Both the position numbers and the translations under genes were made by a program. From Nitrososphaerales archaeon (GTDB taxonomy: Archaea; Thermoproteota; Nitrososphaeria; Nitrososphaerales; UBA213), in assembly GCA_965197925.1 (NCBI GenBank), contig CBDAOC010000020.1, forward strand, positions 640,001-704,000: DNA of 64,000 bases, written 5' to 3'. The notes under the pieces were generated by a model, which worked only from the letters and a program-made list of their open reading frames with translations, did no database searches and was not told the DNA's origin. Shown here one piece after another: positions 9,546 through 22,884 of this stretch (positions are counted from its first letter, which is position 1; the number at the start of each line of letters is the position of its first letter).

Positions 9546-10535
9546 CTGTTGTCTCGAATAATTATCATATTAACAGGTATCCAACCCTTTTAGAATTCAT
9601 TGTAATGAATATATTGTATATGGATGCTTTTAACATGTCCCTTCACCACATTCTTCCATCTTATTGCCTTTACATGTTCACCAAGGATACGCTTGATAGC
9701 AGAGAAAACTGATTCGGCTATCCATCTGTGTAAATATTCATGATATTTCTTCCATGTATCAAGATCATCCTTCTGTTCTATTACCGATAGCTTCCTTGGC
9801 ATGCATCCCCATTGCTTTTAGCGATGCATTACTCCTAACCTTTATCAGTGGTTCAATACAGTTCTCGGGAAGGAGCCTGAAGTTCCTTCTAGAATCATAA
9901 GCTCCAACTGCTATTACTGATCACATTACCTTTCTTCAACACTTCTTTTATCATAGATTTCATCTTCTTGCCGTCATGTACATGCTCTAATTACCCTCAT
10001 TGCAACTATCTCTTTGCTTTTCTTATCCACAATATGCTTCTTGATGAATCCCCTTGCATGCCACTTCTTCCTTACCCATTCTTCCCTGTTTGCTACCTTT
10101 ATGTCAGAGGAATCTGTAGATGCTACAAGAACATCCTCCTTCATAATTGATAGATCTATCTTAATGCCTATCTTCGCTACCTTCCATACTATGCTTGTGA
10201 AGTAAGGTACATTCAGTCCCCTTGCATGTTACTTACTTCATTGTTGTGAATCCTTCTAACTGCTTTATAGCAGCAGGTAAGCATGCACAACAGAAAGCAC
10301 CTTTAGGAATGATTCTCGATACACGAATGGCTTGCCTACCTTCCATGCCTTCATTCTTGCTAATTCGCCAGAGCATGAATCTATAAAATCCATATCAAGA
10401 AGTAACTCTCCCCTTTTTCCAGTACATCACACCTTTTCTAGTTCATATCAGGCATGAATCTCACTGATAATAATTGATCAAAATCTCATTCTATCAAATA
10501 TTCATGATCTTCAGGTTGATTATTCGACACAGAAC
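9546..10535 (-). mobile_element. Degenerate IS5-family element (IS903-like), transposase in fragments
   Basis: Remnants DVLVASTDSSDIKVANREEWVRKKW and RWIAESVFSAIKRILGEHV. Imperfect TIRs (TGTCTCGAATAAT / ATTATTCGACACA). TTTTCA flanks both ends. Confidence 0.8.
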
Positions 10536-10926
10536 TGTTTTCACATCATATACTATGTCGTCTTCTCAAACCCATAATGCTCTATAATACGAATTGACTG
10601 GTTTATTCCCAATCAACAAACTTGTTATTCAGCTTTTGCCCCATGTCTGTAGGAGTAAATATTGCCTCTTCCATTTTCTACGACTCAATTATTGTCTCAA
10701 ATGTAATATATGAACAAATATTTTTCTTCTCTAACTCGAAGAATATATTCAATATGTAATATTTTTTGGTAATTGAGCGATCACAAAAGAAATTCAATTA
10801 ACATTAAAAATAATATAAGAAATATATCTAATGAGCCACAGGTTTACTATATTTAACGATGTCTCAAGGATGTTTAGAAAAATTACAAAATCTTAAATAC
10901 GAGTCCAACGAAGCCCTCAGAAGAGA

Positions 10927-11070
10927 ATGACAACTGCTTATTGCGTTAAATGCAGAAATAAAGTTGAGATAAAAAACCCAAAGGCTGTTACGCTAAAGAA
11001 TGGTAGGCCAGCAACATCTGGCGTCTGCCCTGATTGTGGAACCAAAGTATTCAAGATAGGAAAGGCATAG
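10927..11070 (+). CDS. DUF5679-type small Zn-ribbon protein (47 aa)
   Basis: MTTAYCVKCRNKVEIKNPKAVTLKNGRPATSGVCPDCGTKVFKIGKA*. Below the ORF-track cutoff. Confidence 0.88.
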   Translation: MTTAYCVKCRNKVEIKNPKAVTLKNGRPATSGVCPDCGTKVFKIGKA

Positions 11071-11130
11071 ATCCTCTAACCTTCTTTTTATGACAAAAAA
11101 TTATATGTAATGATCTCGAATGAATAAGCG

Positions 11131-11553
11131 TTGGGATTATCTACCTATGAAGATCTACTCAAGCGGCTACAGAACAAGATCGTAATCCGAGACAAGGTGG
11201 GTACATCAAGAATTGAACTACCCTCAACGGACATTATTTGGGTCGGCAACAAAACTATATTTCGAAACTTCATGGATTTTCCAAAAGTTATGCGAAGAGA
11301 ACCTGAAAAGATCCTACTGTATCTTGCTAAAGAGTTCGGTTCTGCGGCCTACATTGGAGGTGGAAAGGGCATATTTGTGGGCAAGAAAGAACCATCTCAG
11401 TTTCTGTCATTATTTGAGCGTTATATGAAGGAATACGTTAAATGTCCTGTATGTACTAGCCTTGATACTAAGATAGAACGAGTAAAGAGACTGAGTTTTA
11501 TTAAATGTGAAGCATGTGGTGCAAAGTCATCTTTGAAGGGAATTTTTGCTTGA
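11131..11553 (+). CDS. eif2b: Translation initiation factor aIF-2 beta subunit
   Basis: YEDLLKR, GNKTIFRNF, and Zn finger CPVC...CEACGA. Confidence 0.95.
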   Translation: MGLSTYEDLLKRLQNKIVIRDKVGTSRIELPSTDIIWVGNKTIFRNFMDFPKVMRREPEKILLYLAKEFGSAAYIGGGKGIFVGKKEPSQFLSLFERYMKEYVKCPVCTSLDTKIERVKRLSFIKCEACGAKSSLKGIFA

Positions 11554-11558
11554 GTAAT

Positions 11559-11864
11559 ATGTTTTCAGTGAACAAAATAACTTACCAAGGTTCTACGATG
11601 GTTAACATGTGTGATCAGGAATTGGTTGGCACGAAGGTAAGTGAAGGTAAACTTGAGATCAAGATCACTAAGGAATATTTTGGGCAAAATTTGGTAAATG
11701 AAGATGAAGCTACACAGCTCCTTAATTCCTGCTTTGTTGCGAACTTGGTGGGTAGAAGGATAGTTAATAAAGCCTTGAGAATGAAAATTGCTTCTGACCT
11801 AAGTGTACGAACTATTTCTGAGATCCCATTTCTAATGATATTTAGATTTCAACATGGTTGCTAA
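11559..11864 (+). CDS. DUF424 family protein
   Basis: NMCDQELVG, NLVGRRIV and IPFLMIF. ATG follows the eif2b stop closely. Confidence 0.88.
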   Translation: MFSVNKITYQGSTMVNMCDQELVGTKVSEGKLEIKITKEYFGQNLVNEDEATQLLNSCFVANLVGRRIVNKALRMKIASDLSVRTISEIPFLMIFRFQHGC

Positions 11865-12047
11865 ACTTTAGTATTTTTATCAAATTTCAGGAATTCTAAT
11901 AATTGATTCATGTTCAAAATTATGCAATGAACACATTAAGAGTAATAAAACAAGATATTTTAGGAAAATTCCTGTTATCTAGATAAGAACTGGGCATAAT
12001 AAAAAGTAAATTGAACAAATAATAGTCAATTGAAAAGATAGCAATTA

Positions 12048-12421
12048 AGAGCTTATCCGAAAATTAACATCACGGCCTGATTGTTTATACCGAAACAGAT
12101 CTAGATCTGTCCTCTCTAGCTAAATTTGTGAGAAAATCAAAGAAAAAGAGCATGCCGACCATATGGCATATACCAAATGATCTATGGGTAGAGTTCAAAC
12201 TAGTGTTGCCACCAGGGAAACCAGCAAGAACAGTTGGAAGGCCAGCTGTGCCATTTAGAAAAGTGTTGAATGGAATACTGTATGTTTTAAGAACTGGATG
12301 TCAGTGGAAGAAGGTATCTAAAGAATTTGGTTCTGGCTCAACTTGCCATGCAAGATTTCAGGAATGGATTGGGATAGGAGTATTCAAGAAGGTATGGAAG
12401 AGGCTGCTGGAAATATATGAT
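12048..12421 (+). mobile_element. IS5 group 1 copy B, 5' fragment truncated by a group 2 element
   Basis: Left TIR AGAGCTTATCCGAAAATT and transposase N-terminus up to LLEIYD. The remainder is absent. Confidence 0.92.
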
Positions 12422-13295
12422 CAACTCATCTCAAAACCCTACAATACATCAAAAATGATGCAAGATTAACAAATGCCAGATAGTTTTCTGCCGTTCTTTC
12501 ATACCTGGTTCTTGTTCTGTGAAATCCATTCTTGAGCCATGCAAGGAATCTCTCAACTACAAATCTTGTCTTGTTGTAATGTTTGCAATCATTATTTTGC
12601 AAGATGAACTTGGAATTTATTTTGTATGGGATGCAACATGCAATATTTCTATCCCACAAATACATTCTGATGTATTTTGCATCATTTTGTCTGCATAAAC
12701 TGATTCTATCTGTTGTATTGAATCATCATCAAGATAGTCTGAAATTGATCCTGTAACATCCATGCATTTTGTACTGTCATGTTCATTTGCTGGACTCAAC
12801 AGTATGGATATTGGAAATCCGTTACTCTCTACTGCGGCATGTATTTTTGTACCTGTTATTCTCTTGAATCCATTATATCCAGTTACATTGCCCCTTTTTT
12901 ATCAGGAATGGATGAAGAGTCAACTGATATTTTTTGCAGATTAATTTTGCCAGATTTATGTGCTGAGTGAATAGTACGTGATAGAATCTTTTTCCAGATT
13001 CCTTTTTGTTGCCATTTGTTTAACCTTCTGTTTGCAGTAGAATCATCACCATATCTTTTTGGCATATCGTCCCATCGGCATCCAGTAGTTAGAACATGGA
13101 TTATTCCGTTAATGATTTTTCTATCATCATCTCTAGGCCTGCCAGTTTTTGCATGTGGTGGTATGTGTGATTCCATCATACTCCACTGTTTGTCTGATAA
13201 TTCTTGGAATTTCATAAAATAATTTTAGATGTCGCTATTCATAGATCTAAATGGTCGCTAAAAATTGTCTAAATGGTTAGTTTTGAGATGAGTTG
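12422..13295 (-). mobile_element. IS5-family (IS427-like) element, group 2 copy D
   Basis: Perfect 16-bp TIR CAACTCATCTCAAAAC. orfA at 12883-13215, broken orfB. Near-identical to 23921-24794. Confidence 0.95.
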
Positions 13296-13645
13296 CATGT
13301 CTTATTATCAATTTAATATGCCTCAAATACATATCGTCGATTTTCAATTATAGAAATCATAGGTAGGTAGGGTAATAGGGTAAAGAGACTCAATCCTTCA
13401 GCGCTCCTCTTTCTACAAAGGATGGGTTTGGTAGAAAGCATATGAGTAATATCAATTATCAATGCTAGGAATAAAATACACATGGATGATGTTATTAAGT
13501 AAGAATTACAGAGATTACTACCATTTAACAGATGAGGATGAAGGTCATTAGAAAAAAATTATTGATTATATTTTATTAACAAAAAAATATTATTCTCCCA
13601 TTTAGAAATTAGACCGGTAATCATTCGAGTTGTAGTTATTAATTA

Positions 13646-15949
<2,304 letters not shown>

Positions 15950-16298
15950 TTAGTTTAAATTCAGTTATGTCAATACCGATGGCAATACCAGAACCAAGAT
16001 TTCACTGCAAAATAATAGGGGGATTAATTGCGAACATTTACATCATCCTTTTCTCTTCTCTTTCATTTTCCTATTTTTATCTAAAAGTTTATGGTATTTG
16101 TTCTACTTATCCTTAGATAGTGGTATGCGGTCCAGAGAGACAAAAAGATTGGGACATTAAAATACCACCATCTGATTCTTGTGCTTTTGATATGTTTAAC
16201 TATTCTACAATTAATAGAAATCATGCTCTTCTAACTTCAATTTTGTGATACTTGGATTATTACGATATTAGAAATTGTAGAACTGCATATTATATCTA

Positions 16299-17343
16299 AG
16301 AGCTTATCCGAAAATTAACATCATAGCCTAATTGTTTATACCGAAACAGATCTAGATCTGTCCTCTCTAGCTAAATTTGTGAGAAAATCAAAGAAAAAGA
16401 GCATGCCGACCATATGGCATATACCAGACAATCTATGGGAAGAGTTCAAACTAGTGTTGCCACCAGAGAAACCAGCAAGAACAGTTGGAAGGCCAGCTGT
16501 GCCATTTAGAAAAGTGTTGAATGGAATACTGTACGTATTAAGAACTGGATGCCAGTGGAAGAAGGTATCTAAAGAATTTGGTTCTGGCTCAACTTGCCAT
16601 GCAAGATTTCAGGAATGGATTGGGATAGGAGTATTCGAGAAGGTATGGAAGAGGCTGCTGGAAATATATGATGAATTGAAGGGTATAGGATGGGACTGGC
16701 AATCCATGGATAGCGTTACTGAAGGCCCCATTAGGGGGAAAACGGCCGGAGCAAACCCAACGGATAGAGGCAAGCTAGGTACCAAACGTCACATGCTGGT
16801 TGATAGAAGAGGTATTCCTCTCTCATCTGTAATTACTGGAGCAAACAAGCACGATATGAAATCAGCCTTTCCTACAATAGATAGCATTGTTGTTGATAGG
16901 CCCAAAGTTAAACAGAACATATGCATGAATAGGATACGATTTCCCTGAGATAGAGTATGGAGTTAGGAAGGGGATATGTGGATCACATTCGTCATAAGGG
17001 TGAAGTGTTGAAAAAGAATTTGTGTAAAGCAAAGAGATGGGTTGTAGAAAGAACCGCATCTTGGCATAACAGGTTCAGAAAGTTATTGGTAAGGTTCGAG
17101 AAGAGAGAGGAAAATTATCAGGCGCTAGTAGAATTTGCTAACTGCCTAATAGTGTATAGAGCGATATATTGGTAGTGTCATAAACACGTTAATGCAACTG
17201 TTTCTAGTATCTATTATCTACAATACTAATAAAATCAATAGTAAGAAAACTAAACCTGACAGTATGAACTAATATTCTTACATTCTAAATGATATCATTT
17301 CTACCAATCATTAACTATCAGCTAGAATTTTAGGATAGGCTCT
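16299..17343 (+). mobile_element. IS5 group 1 copy C
   Basis: TIRs AGAGCTTATCCGAAAATT / AATTTTAGGATAGGCTCT with TA flanks. Transposase split into 16379-16948 and 16957-17175. Confidence 0.95.
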
Positions 17344-17448
17344 TAATGGTTTGTGCCATTACGTTCCCTTTAACATCGTATTTCCAGATAATAACCAAGT
17401 CTAGTTTGTGGGGATGAATTTAATATAACCAGGATACTATGAAATTTT

Positions 17449-17868
17449 ATGGGATACCGTTTCCTGGATCATATGACGGACGCATACATAGAAGCCTATG
17501 GAAGTACAATAGAAGAAGCATTTGAATTTGCAGCAAAGGCATTGGTCGATACAATGATAATTGTAGGTAATGTTGATGCAGTAAATGAAGAAAGTCTGAG
17601 TATAAACGGACATGACTTGGAGAGTCTCCTTTACAACTGGTTAGATTTAGTAATGCTAAAATTGCTTGTTGACAATCTCGCACTATCCCATTTTAAGGTC
17701 TCCATTTCAGAACTTAATAACACCTATGAGCTGAAAGCCGTTGCGACAGGCGAGCCATTGGACCTTGAGAAACATAAATACAAAGTGGAAATTAAGGGTG
17801 TTACGTATCATTTGATGGAGATAGAACATAATGGGATGGTAAAGTTAAGATTCTTGCTGGATCTCTGA
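17449..17868 (+). CDS. Archease
   Basis: YRFLDHMTDA, LLYNWL and EIKGVTYH...FLLDL. Confidence 0.95.
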   Translation: MGYRFLDHMTDAYIEAYGSTIEEAFEFAAKALVDTMIIVGNVDAVNEESLSINGHDLESLLYNWLDLVMLKLLVDNLALSHFKVSISELNNTYELKAVATGEPLDLEKHKYKVEIKGVTYHLMEIEHNGMVKLRFLLDL

Positions 17869-17904
17869 AAATCTTTAATACCCAATTCGATTCTAATATT
17901 GATC

Positions 17905-18285
17905 ATGAATGATCCGGAGGTGGAGGGGATTATGAAGAAAAAAATGGAGCAGATGAAAAAATCTACAGAAACACTGGAAGAATTGAATGAGAAGAACTTT
18001 GATATTCTTATAGCTGGTGATAAACCATTACTTGTAGACTTTTGGGCAACTTGGTGCGGTCCGTGTCAGTTCATGCTTCCCATATTTGACAAGCTCTCAA
18101 AGAGGTATGCAGATAAAGTAACATTTGCTAGGCTGAATGTTGATAATAATCAGAGTGTTGCTTCACGTTATGATGTTTATGCCATTCCTACCTTCATATT
18201 ATTCCAAAATGGTAGGGCATTGGATAGGGCTGTTGGTGCGGTAGGAGAGCCTGGCCTAGAAAACTTGATAAAGAAACACGCCTAA
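17905..18285 (+). CDS. trxA: Thioredoxin
   Basis: LVDFWATWCGPC and IPTF. Confidence 0.93.
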   Translation: MNDPEVEGIMKKKMEQMKKSTETLEELNEKNFDILIAGDKPLLVDFWATWCGPCQFMLPIFDKLSKRYADKVTFARLNVDNNQSVASRYDVYAIPTFILFQNGRALDRAVGAVGEPGLENLIKKHA

Positions 18286-18288
18286 TTA

Positions 18289-20067
18289 TTAATATCCATA
18301 TAATGGATTTACTTTTCGTTTCATTTCAATTATTTGTTCCAGTGTTTGTATTTCACTCTCATTTAATCTGTACTTGAGTTTGTTCACAAGCAGCTTGACA
18401 TGCTCATTCGGAAGAACTGAATATAGTACGTCCCCCTCGTTGATCTGCCTGCCAACAACGGGTTCATTCATAGAAACAGCTACCTGCATGTCTGTTTTTG
18501 CTTCATTAACATTCTTCCCCTTGTCTTGTATTTGATGCACTGTACCAATCTCCTTACCATTTTTGTTCATTATGATACTCTTTTGTTTCAGTCTACCAGA
18601 TTTTATCTCCACTCCAAAAATTGCTGGATTGTTCTTCCTGAAAACGAAGCCTTTAAGAAATACAAACTTACACGGCGTTACCAGTTCATTGAACAGCGTA
18701 ACATCCTCTCTTTCCTTTTCAAAAGATACCCAATCTGTATAAGCATTAACCAAATTATAGATTACCTTTTCGCTGAATACCTTCACCGATCGATGTGTTG
18801 CTTCCGTTTCTGCATCTTCAAAAACTCTAACGTTAAAAGCCAGGATCACCCCAAGGTAGCGATCCTTTTCTTTAACCGCACTTGCTTCTACAACATCTCT
18901 CCTTGTTACCGAGCTAAGGTCCGCAATTCTTATCGGTACACCTTCTTTCTTTAGCATTTGCGTTATTGCCTCAAGGGAGCCAAGAGTGTCACATTTTACT
19001 ACAATACCAGTTTTGTCTGTCTTGATAACTATGCTTTTGATCTCAGACTCTATCATGCTCTTCTTATCTTCAATGTCACTTTCATTATGTGCGATATACA
19101 AAGGACTGCCTGCCAGCACCCCATCAAGATCTCCTGATGCAATCTTCACACCTGCTGCTGCTGAAACTTCCTCTACCTTCACAAATTTGTCCCGCGGGTC
19201 CCTCATCTCATCTAGAGGTTTTGGAAGAAGTAACACCTTTGCCTTGGTAGCTATAATGTCATCACGTTTTGCTACCACAATGGTATTTCCTTGCTTGAGC
19301 TTACCATCCAATAGTATAATATTCGCTGTAGGCCCAAGGCCGACCTCTTCCTTTACTTCCAACACTATGCCACGTGCAGAGTCCCCCTTTACCTCCAGTT
19401 TGGTTTGCATGAATCTCTGTGTAAGGCCTAATAGCATTGCAAGCAGTTCTGGTATACCTTCTCCAGTCTTTGAGCTGACTGGGACTAGAACTATCTCCTT
19501 CGTAAAGTCCTTAACACGGTAGAATGCTTCGGAGTTGAAGCCGAGTCTCGATAACGCACCTACCACGGTGTACAATCGCAGATCCAAATCATCCACAACG
19601 GTGGATTGTTGTTTTTTTATAGATTGTGTCACAGACATCGAGTCACCCTTCCGCCAGCCAAGTATCATATCAACTTTGGTCAAAGCAACTATGAATGGCA
19701 CCTTTCTGTTCTTCAAAATTTCAATACTCTCATGTGTTTGTGCCTCCAAGCCCTTCATAACATCAACTGCCAAAATAGCGATGTCAGCAGCTGACCCGCC
19801 ACGAATTCGAAGGTTTGCAAACACTTCATGTCCAGGTGTATCAATAACAAGTAATCCGGGAATCTTGATGTCTATGTTTAATTGGTCAAAGATTACACCG
19901 CAAACTTGTTTTATGGTTTCAATGGGAAAGAAGCTCGCACCTATGTGCTGGGTGATACCTCCAGCCTCCCTTGCATGGACGGCTGTACCACGTATCTTGT
20001 CCAGTAGAGAAGTCTTGCCAGAATCAACATGACCTAAAATAGTCACAACAGGTTGCCTAAGATACAC
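18289..20067 (-). CDS. infB: Translation initiation factor aIF5B (IF-2)
   Basis: RQPVVTILGHVDSGKT, EAGGITQHIGA, DTPGHE and DTLGSLEA. Confidence 0.97.
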   Translation of the reverse strand: MYLRQPVVTILGHVDSGKTSLLDKIRGTAVHAREAGGITQHIGASFFPIETIKQVCGVIFDQLNIDIKIPGLLVIDTPGHEVFANLRIRGGSAADIAILAVDVMKGLEAQTHESIEILKNRKVPFIVALTKVDMILGWRKGDSMSVTQSIKKQQSTVVDDLDLRLYTVVGALSRLGFNSEAFYRVKDFTKEIVLVPVSSKTGEGIPELLAMLLGLTQRFMQTKLEVKGDSARGIVLEVKEEVGLGPTANIILLDGKLKQGNTIVVAKRDDIIATKAKVLLLPKPLDEMRDPRDKFVKVEEVSAAAGVKIASGDLDGVLAGSPLYIAHNESDIEDKKSMIESEIKSIVIKTDKTGIVVKCDTLGSLEAITQMLKKEGVPIRIADLSSVTRRDVVEASAVKEKDRYLGVILAFNVRVFEDAETEATHRSVKVFSEKVIYNLVNAYTDWVSFEKEREDVTLFNELVTPCKFVFLKGFVFRKNNPAIFGVEIKSGRLKQKSIIMNKNGKEIGTVHQIQDKGKNVNEAKTDMQVAVSMNEPVVGRQINEGDVLYSVLPNEHVKLLVNKLKYRLNESEIQTLEQIIEMKRKVNPLYGY

Positions 20068-20074
20068 CTGAAAC

Positions 20075-20412
20075 CCACTTCAACCAACGATAACCAAACC
20101 TCTTTTATGAAGCTTTCATGAGAATCTGATCCAGGTATGACCTTTTGCGTCATTCATCTTTGATATCATAGCTAATTATCCGAGGGTGATTCTTTCACTT
20201 CTATAATGTATCTAAGACTTCACTATTGACCTTATGTAATTAATTAAAAGAGTTCGTGAAGGAATGTTGTATATTGTAAACTCAAATTTCAATCCTCATT
20301 ATTATATGTAATATCTTAAATTCTCCATTAAAAATGATCTTTGTTAGATCTTCGAACATTAAACGATTCAAAACTCTTGATGGATTAGGGTTCAAAAAAG
20401 GCGGTTGTTCTA
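20075..20412 (-). pseudogene. ndk: Decayed nucleoside diphosphate kinase
   Basis: Occupies the usual L24e-ndk-aIF5B slot. Remnants EQPPFLNP (cf. EQTLILIKPD), GEFKIL, FLHEL, and KVIPGSDSHESFIKEV (cf. NVIHGSDSxES..KE) at 20097-20144. Confidence 0.72.
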
Positions 20413-20619
20413 TTATCTCTTTCGCGTTTTAATTCCACCCTTTACATATTTTTTGCTCCATTTGAACTTCCTTGGATCTCTTTTAAGCTTCAACGTGTTC
20501 TTCCTACATTTATTGGAGCAAAAGTAAAGCATGCTACCATCGTTTTTAACAAGCATGGTCCCCGTTCCGACCCTTCGTTGACGGTCACAAAAACTGCAGT
20601 TCTTAGTTGTTATGCTCAA
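20413..20619 (-). CDS. rpl24e: 50S ribosomal protein L24e
   Basis: CSFC...GTGTMLVKNDG...FCSNKC...RDPRKFKW. Confidence 0.96.
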   Translation of the reverse strand: MSITTKNCSFCDRQRRVGTGTMLVKNDGSMLYFCSNKCRKNTLKLKRDPRKFKWSKKYVKGGIKTRKR

Positions 20620-20625
20620 AGATCA

Positions 20626-20838
20626 TCACTTGATCTTCCTTGCTTCTCGCTCTGTTTCTCTTAGCATCAACACATCGTTCATTCTAACCGAGCCTTTTAC
20701 ATTACGCGTCAAAATCCTTCCCTTGTCTTTACCATCCAATACTCTAACCCTAACCTGTATAACTTCGCCAGCAATTCCAGTTCTACCAACAATCTGAATT
20801 ACTTCAGCAGCTACTACCTTCTCTACAGTCTTGCTCAT
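20626..20838 (-). CDS. rps28e: 30S ribosomal protein S28e
   Basis: [14 protein letters not shown] and LRETEREAR. Confidence 0.97.
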   Translation of the reverse strand: MSKTVEKVVAAEVIQIVGRTGIAGEVIQVRVRVLDGKDKGRILTRNVKGSVRMNDVLMLRETEREARKIK

Positions 20839-20844
20839 CGTAGA

Positions 20845-21222
20845 CTACACCTTGGCCCTGTACCTTGCAACCGCATTTATTATCTGTTCAAGAACGTTCT
20901 GACCCTCTCCTGCGTCTATTATGCAGGCAGCAGCAGAATTCACATCTATGCCCATTGCTTGGCCAAGTTGTAATTTACTTGGAACATAGGCGTAAGCAGA
21001 ATTGCGTTCTTCGCATAGTATTGGTAAATGAGCTACCACTTCAGGTGGTTCTACATCTTCAGCGATAACCACAAGCTTGCTTGTGCCTCGCTCAATGGCC
21101 TTTGTAGTCTCGTTTGTCCCCCTCCTTACCTTTCCACTTTGCTTTGCTACCCTAACCGCTTCATAAATCGCGTTTACCAGCTCCTTTGGAGTCTCAAATT
21201 TTACGTAATAAGGCTTACTCAT
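20845..21222 (-). CDS. rpl7ae: 50S ribosomal protein L7Ae
   Basis: GKVRRGTNETTKAIERG and IAEDVEPPEVVAHLP. Confidence 0.97.
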   Translation of the reverse strand: MSKPYYVKFETPKELVNAIYEAVRVAKQSGKVRRGTNETTKAIERGTSKLVVIAEDVEPPEVVAHLPILCEERNSAYAYVPSKLQLGQAMGIDVNSAAACIIDAGEGQNVLEQIINAVARYRAKV

Positions 21223-21413
21223 TCTCTATCACCCGCAATGAATTTGGGATCATATTTTATCGCATAGACTTAAAGTAATAGACGTTTTAAAAGTGTTATC
21301 AACCCCAGGATTCTTTCTTTTGTCCATATTATTCCGTTTGATCCCGATCAACATATGAAAAAATATGATCATCCTCATGTGCGCTTTTCAAGAATTCTTC
21401 CGTAAGCTGGAGT

Positions 21414-22766
21414 TCAGGAATTATCCATAATCTTCCGTATTTCAGCATTGTAGTTTTCAACAATTTCACCTAGTAATTTACGATCACCGGATTCAGCATA
21501 GAATCTCATTACTGGTTCGGTACCGCTTTGCCTCACCATCATCCATGAAGATTCATCGATCCAAATCTTGACCCCGTCTACAGTCTCCACTTTACCCCTT
21601 GCGTTCGTGATAAAGTATTCAACAACTTTAACCGATTGCTCTCTTGTGCACTTGAACTTTGTTTTATACTGATGAAATTTTTGTAAATCATCAATTATTT
21701 TAGATAACCGCTTTGCCTTGCTTGCAAGTAATTCTATCATTAATGAGGTTGTCATCGCCCCATCCCTAACGGGTAAATGTTTACCATACATAAAGCCGCC
21801 ATTCTCTTCAAATCCAATTAATGCATCTTTATTCAACATTTCCCTTGACACTTCGACACTTCCAACCTTGGTTCTAATTACTGTAGAATTATACCTGCTT
21901 GCCATAATATCTATAAGAGATGAAGAATTTATTGGGGTTACAACCTTCTCATTCAAATTCTTGGATAAAAGATATTCCGTGAGTATGGCACCAGATTTGT
22001 TTCCACCAAACACATTTCCTTTTTCATCGCAAAAGACACTTCTATCGCCATCACCATCAAATGCAACACCTAGATCAGCAGAATTTTGTTGAATAGTTTT
22101 TGAGAGCTGACTTAGATTATCTGGAGTTGGTTCGGAACCCCTGGCTGGAAACAAGCCATCTATTGTAGAATTTATGGTAATAACTTTGCATCCTAAATCT
22201 TCCATAAGTTTAGGTGCAGTAACTGCTTGTGCACCGTTTCCAATATCCAATACAACAGTCAGTTTTCTTGACCTTATCAAATCAACATCTAACTTTGATT
22301 TTATTCCAGCAAGGTAAGAGTGAACGGCTCTTTGTTCATCAATGTCACTACCGATGTGATCCAAATTAATGAAATTATTGTTGAAGTAGATATCTTCTAC
22401 CTTGAGCTCATCTTCCCTTGGCAATTCTACACCATCACAAGCCATGACCTTGATCCCGTTGTATTCAGGAGGATTGTGCGATGCTGTGATCATTGCGCCT
22501 CCTTTGTAACCAAGAGTTTTTACACAAAATTGCAGACACGGAGTAGGTATAAGGCCAGCGTTCGCAACATCGACACCCAAAGCATTCATACCTGCTCTTA
22601 CAATTTTGGATATTATAGTACTTGAATGCCTACCATCATAACCTACAAGGATGGGTTTATCATGAAAAAATGTAGCAAGTGCATAGGAAAATCTGAGTGC
22701 CAGATCAAGTGTTAAATCCATTCCAAATATTCCGCGTATGCCATTGGTTCCAAATAATCTGCCCAC
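21414..22766 (-). CDS. glmM: Phosphoglucosamine mutase / phosphomannomutase family
   Basis: LFGTNGIRG, TASHNP, FDGDGDR and RQSGTEP. Confidence 0.88.
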   Translation of the reverse strand: MGRLFGTNGIRGIFGMDLTLDLALRFSYALATFFHDKPILVGYDGRHSSTIISKIVRAGMNALGVDVANAGLIPTPCLQFCVKTLGYKGGAMITASHNPPEYNGIKVMACDGVELPREDELKVEDIYFNNNFINLDHIGSDIDEQRAVHSYLAGIKSKLDVDLIRSRKLTVVLDIGNGAQAVTAPKLMEDLGCKVITINSTIDGLFPARGSEPTPDNLSQLSKTIQQNSADLGVAFDGDGDRSVFCDEKGNVFGGNKSGAILTEYLLSKNLNEKVVTPINSSSLIDIMASRYNSTVIRTKVGSVEVSREMLNKDALIGFEENGGFMYGKHLPVRDGAMTTSLMIELLASKAKRLSKIIDDLQKFHQYKTKFKCTREQSVKVVEYFITNARGKVETVDGVKIWIDESSWMMVRQSGTEPVMRFYAESGDRKLLGEIVENYNAEIRKIMDNS

Positions 22767-22884
22767 AGAATCATTGTATCTTATGCTAAATAAAATTCTT
22801 GGTAAATATTCAACAGATTTACAATAACGAAAATAGACATATGAGAAGGAAACTGTTTTATTATGAAGAGTTTGAATTTCCTAC

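Noticed and set aside
9420..10680. Possible Alba pseudogene split by the IS (LIGNKPVNSY remnant)
   Set aside because: After removing the IS, the spacing to any KARG-like motif does not fit Alba. One short motif is not enough.
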